Positions 1 through 14,587 are shown, counted from the first letter of the stretch. The stretch is DNA of 64,000 bases from Dimorphilus gyrociliatus (GCA_904063045.1 CAJFCJ010000019.1:2185700-2249699); one strand, 5' to 3'. A program made the numbers and translations. Notes: generated from the letters alone by a model not told the origin.

Positions 1-25
1 AAATAAGTAATTAATGTATACTTAC

Positions 26-415
26 TTGACCGTACGCAATCTGTACGACATACTTGTATCTATCATATCCTAAATCTTTCATTCGATTCTTGGTCATATT
101 CGTCAAAGAGCAAATTAGGCGAGGAGCCTCGCTGGGATCGTATCTTTTTCCGCAAAGAATAGGTTCAAAAAGAGTGTAGATAGCTTCGCGAGCTCTTGTA
201 ACAGGGAATCTCTGGTCAGGTTCAGTTTTATAGGTATTCTCCAATTTAATTAAAGGCTTTTCGCTGACTCTATGTAAAGACATTCCTCTAGACATTCGTT
301 TCAAACCAAACATCGCTGTAACACTTTGAGCAATATGCTTTAGACTGGACCTCTTCCTCTGAAGAGTCGTCGAAGCTATGCTAACTTTTCTTGAAGAGAT
401 CTTACTTTCACTCAT
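26..415 (-). CDS. Tctex1-domain dynein light chain (TCTEX1D1/DYNLT5-like), first coding exon; gene continues off the left edge
   Basis: ORF contains the Tctex1 signature ENTYKTEPDQRFP...YDPSEA...KNRMKDLGYDRYKYVVQIAYGQ. A GTAAGT donor at 25-20 follows CAA, so the ORF tail VSIH is intronic. Confidence 0.85.
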
Positions 416-1784
416 TTTTCTTTTCCTTCCGTCTCGAAAGCGGCTTTATGACTTCGTCTGAACTAGATACAACAATAAATGAATAAAAGTCCACTGAACA
501 AATATTAAGCACTGTTCAATAATTCTAATACGCTTGCCTTGATAAACATTCGTAAATTCCAATTGCTTAGCTATAATTTAAATATTATAAGTTACAAGAT
601 ATGTATATATTATTGTTTTTAACAATAATATCAGCAAACTTAGACACTACTTATAAATAATTAATTGTAATTGCTCTTCGTTTACAAACAAACACACTCT
701 TCTTCTCTCTTCTCTAGAAGTTTTTTTTTTACTTGAACAGTATAATGAAATACTGTAAATATAATCTATTCTTCCTATTCTTATTTTCTAGCTAGATATT
801 GCTATCTCAATGATATTAGAATTTCTTTTACGCACTTCCACCTTTGCACAGTCGAAGACTTAAGGGTTAAATATTATAAAAAAGAAATAAAGATTTATTA
901 AGTCAATTTATAGACTTATAAAAACATTACTTACACGTTAACGACAACGAGCAAGAGAGGGGCGGTAGAGGGGTGGTAAATAGGTGTTGGGAAATAGAAC
1001 AGAAAGTGAAAAATATAGGATTGGGAGGGAAGGGCAACTAATATACAATTTTAATAAGCGTTTATTATTTTCCAATTAATAACTGACAGTTCGGCAGACT
1101 TTAATGCGTCTTATTCCAATTCAAATAGACATATAATATAGAATTTTAAGATTTAACATGATCTTATTTCCCAATAGCTGTTATCTAAATACACATTTAT
1201 TTAATATGCAAAAATAAAAGACAGACACCCCTAATTCTCCCTATCAACACAGTTTTCAGACAAAATAACAACATTAAATCTACTATTTATTAATAAGGTC
1301 AAACGTAGGGAAAAATCATTATATACTTTTCTATGTATTGCTTTAGTTTCACAATAAGAAATGCAAGGGATAAGGATAATAAGGGAGTAGGTGAAAAATA
1401 AAAAAAAACTCTACTCACTTTGCAGTAACAACGTTCAATAAAGTTTCCAGTGAACGGTAGAAAATCTACATAAAGGTTTGAAAATGTAAAGTATACAAAA
1501 GTCAATCAATTGATCAACATTTTTCATTTACATTCTACCAACTTCGTTCAATTATTATCCTCTTTCATGATATTCAAGTTTATTAGACTATAATATATAA
1601 TTTTTTGAATTAAGTCAAAGTGTAATTTATAATCTAATAAATCATTATAGAAATCTATATTAGTCTTTTAAAGTTTTTTGTATAAATACTTTATTTATCC
1701 TAATTTTGAAATAAATATACTAACAATTATTTTATTTAGTGCGGTGTAATAGAGCAAATTCCGCTTCCTACTCTTCTCATTCTC

Positions 1785-1788
<4 letters not shown>

Positions 1789-1817
<29 letters not shown>
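1789..1817. repeat. (TC)n microsatellite
   Basis: Perfect dinucleotide run. Confidence 0.95.
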
Positions 1818-1818
<1 letters not shown>

Positions 1819-2271
1819 GTCATAATGTAGTATTAATATGATAATATATCTTTTCAACGGGCAAGTTAACAAAAGGAATGTAATAATGAAAATCAAGTTA
1901 ATCTGATTAATCCATAAATTTATTAAAGATTTTGCGACTTTGTGAATTACTCAATAAATTACGATTGTTAGTAAATAAATAGTTATACTACTTTTAGGAT
2001 TATTATACTTTTAAAATAACCAAAATATATAAATTAATTTATATATTTATATATCTATTTATAAATATGTCTCGTCGACATTTTTATAGATATCATAATT
2101 TACACTTCTTAAAAAATCAGTAATAGGCTATTTAACAATTATTGTGATTTGTTAATTGCTATAACCGGAAGTTTTCTTAGCCAATCAAAATTGATTTTAT
2201 GTATCATTTTAGAAGAATATTCTCTTGCGCTTATTAGTCTTTGTATTCTTGAACAAGAAAGTTGTCCTAAG

Positions 2272-3846
2272 ATGAAAGGAGTGAATAAATCTGAGAATGG
2301 TAAACCTTTCGAAAGAGAAGTTAATATCAACTTAAGTTTTGATAAAAGTCAATTACTTTGCGAAATGTGCGGCGGCACGTGGGTGAACAGAAACCCACGT
2401 TGTCTACCTTGCAATGCTTTGCACGCCTTCTGTTCTGAGTGCCTCGACAGCTTTGCAACTTCTCATTGTCTGCAGCCAGGGTCAAAGTTTTCATGTCTCA
2501 TTTGCAAAACGAAACACTTTTGGCCCGAAAATGGAGTTCAGTCGTTTGTTCAATTAGAACCTCTAATTAACCCTTCCAATAGCAACTTTATGAATATGCA
2601 AATTCCAAGCGAACTAGACAAGATAGCGGCTAGCGAAGGACAAGAAATTATCTCCCACGATGAGAGTAAGGAATTTCGAAGAATTATCCTAGATGCTATT
2701 GAAAGAATTAAGGAAGACAAAAAGAGAGAAATGGATAATCTGGAAAATGAAAACCGAAAATTTTGCCTATTGGTTGAAAATTATGGGTGTTTTTTAAAGC
2801 AACAGCTGAATAAGTTTTTCTCAAATAAAGAAACCCAACTAAGAAATCTGGATGGCGATATAAAAACCTTTGAAATTGTTAAGTTGAAAACTAGCTCTTT
2901 TTTAGATCGTAGTATAAAAGAGATAAAGGAGGCGATACTTGATGAAATGGACAGGATTCTAACAGAAAAAGTACAATTTGAAAGTGCAATAAAAGAAAAT
3001 TCTTTTAAATTTGGCGTCAATATCTTCTCAAGCAGTGAATTAGCGGGACTTGAGAAGGTGGTTAAACAGGGAGAAGAAGTTGTTAGCATAACTTCGACCA
3101 AGTTGAACTTCTTTCTCCTCACAAAATTTTTGGCTAAACCGAATGAACCGTGTACGTTTAGCCTACTAAGAGAGTGCGTTGAAAGTAAAAAAGTTGAACG
3201 ACTTCTAAGTTGGCGAGTTAATGAGATTGAGGCAAAAACGTTCTACTTAACAGCGAATAATCATGAAGTATTTTTACTATCAATTGGACCGAAAACGCAT
3301 CTTTTAAAGTTGAAAGCTCTACCTATTGGGTATCAATTGGAAGACGTCAATTCGCTGGAATCTTGGACAGATTTTGTTTGTTACGAAAGTGGTGTATTTC
3401 TCTATCGCCATGGTTTGATTGGAAAGTACAACAACAACTTAACGAACCAATGGTTTAAGAGAACACCACTTAATCTACAAGTTGCAGAGATGAAGTACGT
3501 AAACGGGTTGCTGTTTATAGTTGATAAGGCAAATAGTTGCGTTTTTTGCGTAAACTCTGCAGATGGTCGTTATGAAATTTATAACTTGCAGTTGATGCCC
3601 ACATGCTTTAATTTAACGAGTCAGGCTTCAAATTTCGTTTACGAGCCCTATCTGTTCATGGACAATCAGGGAGCTTACATTGTAAACAAACAAGAAAAAG
3701 TGATTTACGTATACGCTATATCACAAGAATTCGATAAACCGGATGTTGTTCATTATCACAAGAAACCTGATGAACGTGAAATACTATTCTACATCGTTAA
3801 ACATAACAAAGCACTAACAATTAAACATTTCTTATTTGAAGAATAA
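2272..3846 (+). CDS. Intronless RING-HC / coiled-coil / degenerate NHL-like beta-propeller protein (TRIM-like E3 ligase, no visible B-box)
   Basis: First ATG at 2272. RING CEMC...CNALHAFCSEC...CLIC followed by WPENGV, as in TRIM2/3-type RINGs. Charged helical middle. C-terminal beta-rich repeats (GLLFIVDKANSCVF, PYLFMDNQGAYIV). Confidence 0.7.
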   Translation: MKGVNKSENGKPFEREVNINLSFDKSQLLCEMCGGTWVNRNPRCLPCNALHAFCSECLDSFATSHCLQPGSKFSCLICKTKHFWPENGVQSFVQLEPLINPSNSNFMNMQIPSELDKIAASEGQEIISHDESKEFRRIILDAIERIKEDKKREMDNLENENRKFCLLVENYGCFLKQQLNKFFSNKETQLRNLDGDIKTFEIVKLKTSSFLDRSIKEIKEAILDEMDRILTEKVQFESAIKENSFKFGVNIFSSSELAGLEKVVKQGEEVVSITSTKLNFFLLTKFLAKPNEPCTFSLLRECVESKKVERLLSWRVNEIEAKTFYLTANNHEVFLLSIGPKTHLLKLKALPIGYQLEDVNSLESWTDFVCYESGVFLYRHGLIGKYNNNLTNQWFKRTPLNLQVAEMKYVNGLLFIVDKANSCVFCVNSADGRYEIYNLQLMPTCFNLTSQASNFVYEPYLFMDNQGAYIVNKQEKVIYVYAISQEFDKPDVVHYHKKPDEREILFYIVKHNKALTIKHFLFEE

Positions 3847-4342
3847 TAGTTCAGTTGTATATTATATGAATAGTCAAAACTCAAAAATATGTGTTTGAGA
3901 TTCTTAGTTGAACTGTTTAAATAAAGTTTCTTGCTTTGTAATCTTTGACTTCGTTCATTAGTTTAAGTTTACTAATAGTGCAATTCACCTTTATCATTCA
4001 CTAACTCATTCAGCTTACGTAAAAGATTGCTGAATATATTGAAGAGAGACGCTAGAAAATAGTACTCATAGCAAATATAACATACGCTCTGAACTTATGT
4101 TAGAGCTAGTACGAAATTTTCTCTTCTCGCTTCGATTTTCGGAATATCTGGACATTAAACATCTTATTTGAAATTGTAAATTAATCAATTCATAAAAAAT
4201 TATTAAAATTCATAAAATTTAAATAAATTGTTCTGCTTAATTTTTTATATTGGTTTTTTGAAAGCGTAACGTTGAACTTAAAGATGGCGGAAAGTGACTG
4301 CTAATTTTTTGGAATCATTTGTTATAGGAAGGAGAATACACC

Positions 4343-5737
4343 ATGCTTTCGAAAGGAAATTGTGGTGGGGACGTGGGTCATCTTAGACCTCAAGATAATT
4401 TATCAACAATGAAAACTCCTTTAGTTAAAAGATTAAGATTAGAACCTTTTTTCGACTGGAATAATCTACCACCTGAGATCTTAGTAAAAATTTTTCGTCA
4501 TTGCGTAATGACAGAAGGCCATTTATCTCTGGCAAGATTGGGAGCGGTCTCTGAAAATTGGAGAAAAATTATTCCAACACCGTCTCTTTGGAATTCTGTT
4601 GATTTCGTAAAAGGTTCCGAAAATTTTACTTCAAAGGATTTAGAGTCAGTTACCAGGAGATTATGTCGTTACATACACAATTGTAAAAAGATATCCTTTA
4701 ATTCTACCTTGTCCAATATCAGATTTGATAGTTTGTTGCCTTTTTTAAAAAATGTAACAGAGATATCTTTTAAAGGTTGTCCTAAGTTAAAACCAAAAGT
4801 TTTAGTCACTTTGGCCCAGTCAGACAACGCAAACACCTTGGATTCAATAAACATTGACGGAACATTCTCGTATCGTGTTTACAACAGACATATTACTACA
4901 TTTGTTTCAAACGTTCTACCTAGATTAAGAAAACTGAATTTTGCGAATAATAGATTCGACGGTCCAGCTTTACATATGCTTATTGAAGGACTTACTGATT
5001 TTTGTCCAATATTAGAAGAATTGAGTTTGGAGAATTGCTTTTGCACGAGCGACTTTGATCTGATTCCGAGATTAGAGTATTTAAGAATGAAGAGAAAATG
5101 TCTTGCGTTAAAGAGTTTAAACTTGAACCATACAAACGTAATGTTTTACCATTATACTTCCAGCGAGAGAAATGCAGAACTTGAGCAGACGACTAACATG
5201 TTTGATTTGAAAGAATTTCGAATGGCAAATTCCAATATGCTGCAATATTTCGAAACGGCAGATGCACTCACCGAATTTATTGGAGATATGCCGAACTTGG
5301 AAATATTAGAATTAAGCCGTTTGAAGGGAAATAACAGCTTCAAAGTACTTTATTATTACAAAAGTAATAAAATGAAATATTTATATTTAAGAGAATCTTT
5401 ATCTGGTCATCTAATAAATGAAAGAGAGTTGAGTGAACAGGCTGCAAAAATATTTCGTAGGTGGTCATCGACTCTTATCGAATTAGATCTCTCTGGAAAT
5501 AACTTGTATGATTTTAGTTGGGCAGTAATTTTCAAGAGTTTCGGAAAATATTCTCCGCTAACTAAGCTTAATTTAGCTAAGACAAATGTCGTGTCAGCTG
5601 GAGTCGAATTTATATTGAGAAGATTTAAAAATCTTAGATATCTCAATTTGAAACTGTGTAATCATCTTAAGGAACATATGAAACGAGAATATCACAGTAT
5701 AGACCTAAGAGAGGCTAGGAAGAACTTAAGACGGTAG
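4343..5737 (+). CDS. FBXL6: F-box/LRR protein, FBXL6-like (intronless)
   Basis: F-box WNNLPPEILVKIFRHCV...LARLGAVSENWRKII..PSLWNSVDF, followed by LRR-like LxxLxL repeats (LRKLNFANN, LEELSLENC, LKSLNLNHT, LIELDLSGN, LTKLNLAKT). Orthologue assignment is from recalled similarity. Confidence 0.75.
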   Translation: MLSKGNCGGDVGHLRPQDNLSTMKTPLVKRLRLEPFFDWNNLPPEILVKIFRHCVMTEGHLSLARLGAVSENWRKIIPTPSLWNSVDFVKGSENFTSKDLESVTRRLCRYIHNCKKISFNSTLSNIRFDSLLPFLKNVTEISFKGCPKLKPKVLVTLAQSDNANTLDSINIDGTFSYRVYNRHITTFVSNVLPRLRKLNFANNRFDGPALHMLIEGLTDFCPILEELSLENCFCTSDFDLIPRLEYLRMKRKCLALKSLNLNHTNVMFYHYTSSERNAELEQTTNMFDLKEFRMANSNMLQYFETADALTEFIGDMPNLEILELSRLKGNNSFKVLYYYKSNKMKYLYLRESLSGHLINERELSEQAAKIFRRWSSTLIELDLSGNNLYDFSWAVIFKSFGKYSPLTKLNLAKTNVVSAGVEFILRRFKNLRYLNLKLCNHLKEHMKREYHSIDLREARKNLRR

Positions 5738-6917
5738 AAATATTAATTAATTATAGATTAATGACATCTTTTCACTATTTTAGTGATTTAATACTCTTTT
5801 ATTTTACCCTTTTAGATTTAATTCAACTTCTGTATCGAAAAACAAACTACACTTTCTGCTGAGATGAGGGTTTTCTTGTTCTATATGATATTAGAGGATA
5901 AGTAATCTGTTATTTAAGTAGCTTTTCATTAATTTTTTTTTGGAAAAAAAATATATACTGTTTACTTTGGTATAAATACATTAATTGAATAAAGAAAATG
6001 AACTCATTCATCTATAATAACAGTATATTTTTCAAAGAAAAAAAAAGTAGATAAAAGAAAACATCGCTGATAAATGCAAGATTTTGGTCTCTTTTTTTTC
6101 TGGGATATAGCAGCACCGCAAATATTCTAAGTATATGATATAGTAGACAGATTCAAAATCTTCACGAAAAAAATACTATTGATCCAGAAAGATAAAAATA
6201 GTAAACAATCTTGTTTGTTATTTTTATGCTATGATCTATTTTAAATATCAATAAAAAATATTAAAGTTATTTGGTTTTTAGCCAACTCTAAACATTTTAA
6301 CAATTTTTTAATTTCATTAGCCAATACGTTTTTTATTGGATAGTTTTTAGATCAGAGAGCAGAGTAGAAAAAGGAGGAGTTGACAGAGATAGCAAATTGA
6401 AATTTCGTCGTACTTAAATAGACAAAAATTCTATAATTAATGTGAATTATCTCAATTTTGTAGCTCTTAAAGAAAATACTGTCGGGACGATCATAGAAAT
6501 TAGTTAAAGGACGGATTGTAGTAGAATCGAAAGCAGTACTTTATACAGTTCTACTTAACTCACACATCTGAGTAATACCTGTGTTTTTATATATTTTTCG
6601 ATTTCGTATACTAGCGTCGGAAATATTAGATTAAGTTATGTGTTTGACCTAAATAACAGCTGTTATATTTAGTTTATAGCAGTTGTTAATAGATAAGAAA
6701 ATGTAAATATATTGTTGTTCTTACGTAAGAGATATTACCTTGTCCTATATGAAACTAACTAGAAGGTTAAATCGTTATCGGCTGATGACCTCGAACGTTT
6801 GACACTAGATGTACATTTGGATTAAATTGAGTCTAATATGTTGATCAAGAGCATTGAAAAATTAGTAGGAGATATTAAAGAATAGGATATTCATTCAGAT
6901 CTGTTTTCCTTAAATTT

Positions 6918-9120
<2,203 letters not shown>

Positions 9121-10046
9121 TTATTAAAGTTACTGTAGCTTAATACGCAAAAGCATTTCCAGCTTATTGACATTATCTAAATATGACACTCCCAAAAAAA
9201 GTAAAGCAAGATTAGCCAACTTTAATAGGTAAGTACAAGTTGAACTAATTGCTATTCAATTAAAGTCGATACTGTAATATTTCGAGCAGAAACTCTTTCA
9301 TTCATATTATGTAGATTTTTGTCATTCGTGTCATTTTTCATTGTACAATGTATATATTTAAAAATAGATAAAGAAAGTTCCTGTTCATTGTTTTTCATAT
9401 ATCTCTACAACTATTGTCATTTATCATATTTTTTTTGCATATGCTGGGTGACTGATTGTAAAATTACTCAATAAAACCAGTTTAATTACATACTTGAAGA
9501 TAATAGATTAAAGTTACATAGAGTTAGAAAGGTGATCAAAGTATCCAAAATTTGGGAAAAACTACTTACCAGGTTATATCTATATGATTACTTTATTAAT
9601 TTGTATTTTCACATCATGTTTCTGTACAAGTAAATTACAATCGACACTTTTCAAGTGATAAAAAATATTTGTAAATAAAATTATGGATTCGTTAGCAACC
9701 ACACGGTGGCGCTGAAACAAATGTTTATTAAAACGAACTAAATTCCAATTGATAACGGTGTCTTTCAATCATATACTAGTTTTTTTTATATATATTATTT
9801 TATTGATCTAATCGTCTTTAAAAAAAATCAAAAACATTTCAAAGTTTTAAAATTAAATAGAGATTAGATTACAAATTTCTATAAACTATATTTATAAAAT
9901 TCTAACCAATCACAGATTTTCAAAGCAGAGTTCACAAGCATTATGTTTCTAATTAAGTGCAGTGTCCGAAAACTTTGATACCGCGTGCACAAACGCATGA
10001 CTCTGTGAGCGATAATTTAAGTGTTTCGATACCCAGTGTTACAATT

Positions 10047-10830
10047 ATGAGTTTTCGTGGACGAGGAGGTCGCGGTGGAGGTGGAAGAGGAGGTAAGTTA
10101 TAATATTAAAAGATATAGCATAAGAATTGCATGAATTTTTTTATTCTAGGTGGCTTTAGGGGACGAGGTGGCGGAGGCTTCCGAGGCAGAGGAGGTGGTG
10201 GCGGAGGTGGTTACAACGAAGGACCTCCTTCAGAAGTTGTTGAAATCGGAAAGTTTTCCCATGTATGTGAGGACGATTTAGTCTGCAAGTGTTCGGTTGA
10301 AGAAAAAGTACCTTTCTTTAACGCAGGAATTTTCTTGGAAAACAAGCAGCAGGTTGGAAAGGTTGATGAAATCTTTGGACAAATAAAGAATTATGTATCC
10401 TTTCAAAGTCTTTAACTAGTTTTAGAAATCTAATTGTTTTGACAATTGACCCTTAACAAAACTTTATTAGTATTTCTCAGTAAAGCTTACTGGTGATGTC
10501 AAAGCTTCTTCCTTCTCAGAGAATTCAAAGGTTGGTTCTTTAAACAAATACATTCTGTGTCATATGTTTATTTTCATATGTTAATGTCAGTTCTTCATCG
10601 ATCCTTATAAACTACTGCCACTTGGTCGATTTCTCCCAGGAGCACAATCAGGTAGAGGTGGAGGCGGAGGCAGAGGCGGCGGTAGAGGAGGTCGTGGTGG
10701 CCGAGGCGGAGGTCGAGGAGGAGGCCGGGGCGGAGGCGGTGGTTTTAGAGGTCGTGGCGGAGGCAGAGGCGGACGTGGTGGAGGAGGAGGTTTCAGAGGT
10801 CGTGGAGGAGGAGGTTTCCGAGGACGATAA
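10047..10830 (+). CDS. GAR1: H/ACA RNP subunit GAR1, 196 aa, 4 exons
   Basis: Exons 10047-10092, 10150-10394, 10471-10530, 10591-10830. RGG-rich termini flank the core [10 protein letters not shown]...[24 protein letters not shown]...[10 protein letters not shown]. Confidence 0.97.
10395..10470 (+). other. U12-type (minor spliceosome) GT-AG intron in GAR1
   Basis: 5' splice site GTATCCTTT, branch-like CCCTTAAC at 10450-10457, AG at 10469-10470. Removal restores the GAR1 sequence NY|YFSVKL. Confidence 0.85.
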
Positions 10831-12052
10831 CAAGCTTGTTTATAGCGATAATATTCATCATCCACAGATTAAACATTATTTCGACCAAAAAACTTTCTCG
10901 AATGTAAATGCATTACGAATCTATTTTGTTGTCTATATACAAATAAATATAGTTCATTTAAGGTAAAGCTTGTTCGTTTTTTTTTATTTTTTTTTTTTTG
11001 TACATTAATCCACTTCAAGCCTTATCGAATTAAAAAGGAGATTGTTGACTTGGGAGTATTATCATAAGAGATAAAGAAAATCTAAGGATATTCTGAAAAT
11101 AAGTGTGTTGATAAAATGTCCATTCCCAAGTCTAATGCGAATCAAATTAATTTGTCAAGTTGACTCACAGAAAATAGAAAGTAAAAACTGATTATATTTT
11201 TAAGTTCTAAAAAAAAAGGTCAAGTAGAATGTCTACGTCATACTTTAAATAGTTTTTTTAATTCGGTAATCATTCTAAATGTGACCTACTTCTTCGCTTT
11301 TTGTTGTTTGTTTCACGATCTGGAATCCTTAAATCAATCAAGTTTACGTAAAGAAAATTGCCAAGGAAAGACATGCTATGAAATCTTATAATATTTCATA
11401 TAATTCTAGTATTTTCAAAGTATTTAAATGAATTAGAAAACGAAAGCTTCTAAACGGCTATCTGATTGCATCTGCATAAAAAATAATCTCTAGATATGCA
11501 TTGAACTGGAGCAAGTTCTGTAAAATAAAACTTAAGTAGTTGATGATCAGTGAAAAAACATGATTAATTTCAAAAACAGGAAAATTATTGCTATTCCTTT
11601 CAATTTCTAAGAAACCTATAGATCATTGAAAATATTCACTATCGCTTTAGTTAGATAAAAACACTCAAATTAAGGTTATAAGTAATCATAAAGGGTATAA
11701 AATCTTTAAAAAATGGGTTGTAAAGGCATATTAACTTGTTGAAGGGATATTGTCAAAGGTAACAGTTTTACTCAAAGCATCTTTTCATTGATTTTCATTT
11801 TTTTTTTCATTTTTGTGTTTTAGATATTCAGCAGCTGTTGTTATCGGTTTAATTATACCATATGTTGTTCATAGTTCTTTTTCTCTCTTTCACGTGGTGA
11901 ATGATACCTTACGAAAATTATTTATGAAACAATTCAAATGATTCCATAAATCCTTGTTGCTACTAATGAACAAACGAAAGGAGGTGTACGAGATACTACA
12001 TGGAGAGAAGTATAATATTAATATATCGTATAGTGAAAGAGAAGGAATAACT

Positions 12053-13321
12053 ATGAGATTTAAGAGAAAATTACATCAGCTTGCCTCGTCCAGAAGACTA
12101 TGGAGAACTGCCACTGTTCTATTTGCTATTGCTTACGGCCTAATTATTTTTATCATGTGGACTAGTTTAGGAGATAATGATGTGAAAATTTCAAAAGTTC
12201 AACACTATAAACATGGTAGGATCCCCATTCCAGTAACAAAACCTCCATGTTCGTATAATTTGGAAGAAAACCGGAAGCCGCAATTTATTTCCTTAGGCAG
12301 AGAGATTTGGCTTTTGCAAGCCGTTTTTAACCGTTTAAATAACGAAACTTTTATAAGAATACTTGCATCTATGCCTACATGGAAGGAAATGAGTCCAATT
12401 TATTGTTTGGTAAAGACAGATTTTGGTATTACAGAGGCCTTTCGTGCAGATGTAAAATATTTAAAGTCATCTAGGCATAAGATAAATTCAGCCTATCAAT
12501 TAGTTTGCAACGTAACTGGCAAAGTAACAGATAATCCTTGTTCATTAAGAGTTTCGTTTGAAACTTCAATAAACTCTAACTGGACTACATTAAATGTATT
12601 AGATTCAGTTCAGAAAGGAAAAGGTAATATTGGAGTTTGTTTATCTCCTATCTACTTTGGTGATATACCCGAACATCATCTTGTCGAGATGTTAGAGCTA
12701 CAAATCATGATATACGATCACGTCTATATATATGATACTTCGCACTCAACCATAATAAACCACTACAGATCCCGCCCAAATGTTACAGTATGGGATTGGA
12801 GTATGCCAAAGATATTACAAAATACAACTTATCGCTTTGGTCTTCCATTGGCCTATGCTCACTGTTTACGAGCCGCTTCAACGAGTTTATTATTTTTTGC
12901 CGATCTGGATGAGGTATTAGTACCAGAAAAGGAACCACTTTGGCCTACTTTACCACATTCCAGTTCTGCCTACTGTTTGTCAACAATATATATAGAACCC
13001 GTTTACGGTGCCGTCCCATTAACTGGTAGTTCAACCGAGTCAAGAAAATGCTCCAGTCGTATGAAATGCTTTGTTAAGCCCTCAACAATTGAAAATATAG
13101 ATACTTGGGGCACTCCAGAACTATATGAAGGGAATATTTTTGTAATAACAATGGATGTGGCAACAGTAAAACACTACGCTCCTTGCCGAAATCAGCATTG
13201 TCTGAATAAATGTAACGATATACCTATTCAGGACAGAATTGTTGCCGATAGATATGAGTCAAGGTTAAAAAAAGCTATTCAAAGAGTGATGCATTCACTA
13301 CACTATAAACCAGCTGAATAG
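12053..13321 (+). CDS. Type II membrane glycosyltransferase, GT92/DUF23 family (intronless)
   Basis: N-terminal TM (LWRTATVLFAIAYGLIIFIMW). GT92-like motifs IGVCLSPIY, HVYIYD, YAHCL and a DxD motif in FFADLDEVLVP. First ATG at 11969 or 12053; 12053 is preferred because it sits just before the TM. Confidence 0.75.
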   Translation: MRFKRKLHQLASSRRLWRTATVLFAIAYGLIIFIMWTSLGDNDVKISKVQHYKHGRIPIPVTKPPCSYNLEENRKPQFISLGREIWLLQAVFNRLNNETFIRILASMPTWKEMSPIYCLVKTDFGITEAFRADVKYLKSSRHKINSAYQLVCNVTGKVTDNPCSLRVSFETSINSNWTTLNVLDSVQKGKGNIGVCLSPIYFGDIPEHHLVEMLELQIMIYDHVYIYDTSHSTIINHYRSRPNVTVWDWSMPKILQNTTYRFGLPLAYAHCLRAASTSLLFFADLDEVLVPEKEPLWPTLPHSSSAYCLSTIYIEPVYGAVPLTGSSTESRKCSSRMKCFVKPSTIENIDTWGTPELYEGNIFVITMDVATVKHYAPCRNQHCLNKCNDIPIQDRIVADRYESRLKKAIQRVMHSLHYKPAE

Positions 13322-14587
13322 GAGGAGCCTATGATAGTAATGAAATGAAGAGATAAAAATTATTTAACTGAACACTTTCTAATTAGAAAGTCCTGTGATA
13401 TAAGTAGTTTTTTAATAACAGAAATCGAACTAAAAATATGTATAAACAACTTTTTTAGTTGTTTGCAAAGAAAATACTTAGGAGTTCTATTTATAAAATT
13501 TGAATATTTTTTTTAACACCTGCTTCATCAAATTGTTTTTATCTTGACGATTCGTCATTCATTATGCAATCATTATATTTTATATAAGGTTGTGAGTGGT
13601 TTATCTTCCCTTTTTTATTATTGTTACAGTAGTCATCTAATGTTTATTTACTAAACTTGCTAATCAGTTTAGAGAGATATTTTGCTTTATATATGGATCA
13701 AAATTCAAGACAGAGTCCACGATACTAGCTATTGTACATATCTTTTGTTATCTTTCATGGACACGATGATGGATTTACCTTATCTATTAATGAAATTATA
13801 AAGGATTTAGTTGAAAGTAATTCTAAATTGTTTAAAAAAATATATATTAATTCTAAATATAGAGCTTATTTACTATTAACTCAATACACTCAAAATGACG
13901 GTAATCCTTGAAAAAGAAAATACACATTCATCGAGTTCAACATCAAATATGTCAAAAAAAAGGCCAATGATTCTTAGTCGTCGTATAAGTGGTGAAATAA
14001 AACGTCAGCTGATTGAATAGTCGATCTGGCCGATATAATATGTTAGACGAACAGTTGTGATGCGTATTTATATAGGTTTAAACACCCCCGTAAGGCGAAA
14101 CCGCTCAGCTCTGATCGGATATGATGAAATCTTTTAGACTGGTTAGTGCTCAAAACCGAATTTTGTTGTTACGTTTTTGAGTGCGCCTACAAATCTAGAT
14201 CATAACATTATAAATGGCAACTCTGGATCGACCTGATGAATAATAATGATGTAATACAATTTTAAATCAATTTTTCTAAAAAGGAACTATACTAGTTTAA
14301 TGAATATTCATTTAATCAAAGTAAAATGGCCACTTTTATTTTACAAACGTCATTTACCAATGTGCACTGAAGAAGTAAAGAATTAAACAACCTAGGAAGC
14401 TGAGCACAAATATAATGAGCCAAGGATTCGTTTGCCGTGTTAACGAATATTATTATTCAGACTTCAGCGATACACTTGAAAAGTGGCTGTGCTGGGGTTA
14501 AGCAGCACCGCGGGTCCGGGCCAGTGCGCATTTTAAAAGTTTAGAAGGGCGAAAATTTGTTTGTCAAAGGAAAAATATTTGAAAATT

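Noticed and set aside
10605-10966. Pro-rich, Glu/Val-rich and Ser/Thr-rich ORFs (10605-10865, 10622-10966, 10648-10833)
   Set aside because: Shadow frames of the GAR1 RGG repeat.
13630-13910. Frame containing LLISLERYFAL, resembling a GPCR TM3 ERY motif (possible pseudogene)
   Set aside because: Flanked by stops, no C3.25 at the right spacing and no other TM motifs. AT-rich DNA readily gives such peptides.
14086-14240. Hammerhead-ribozyme-like GAAAC and CTGATGA words
   Set aside because: Stems II and III and the GUH site cannot be formed in any circular permutation.
14392-14462. GGAAGCTGAG...ATTCAGAC resembling RNase P CR-I/CR-V
   Set aside because: The P4 pairing is imperfect and the span is far too short for RNase P RNA.
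14522-14527. CAGTGC (IRE loop) upstream of the heme-pathway gene SLC25A38
   Set aside because: Only 2 bp of the required 5-bp upper stem form, and there is no bulged-C geometry.
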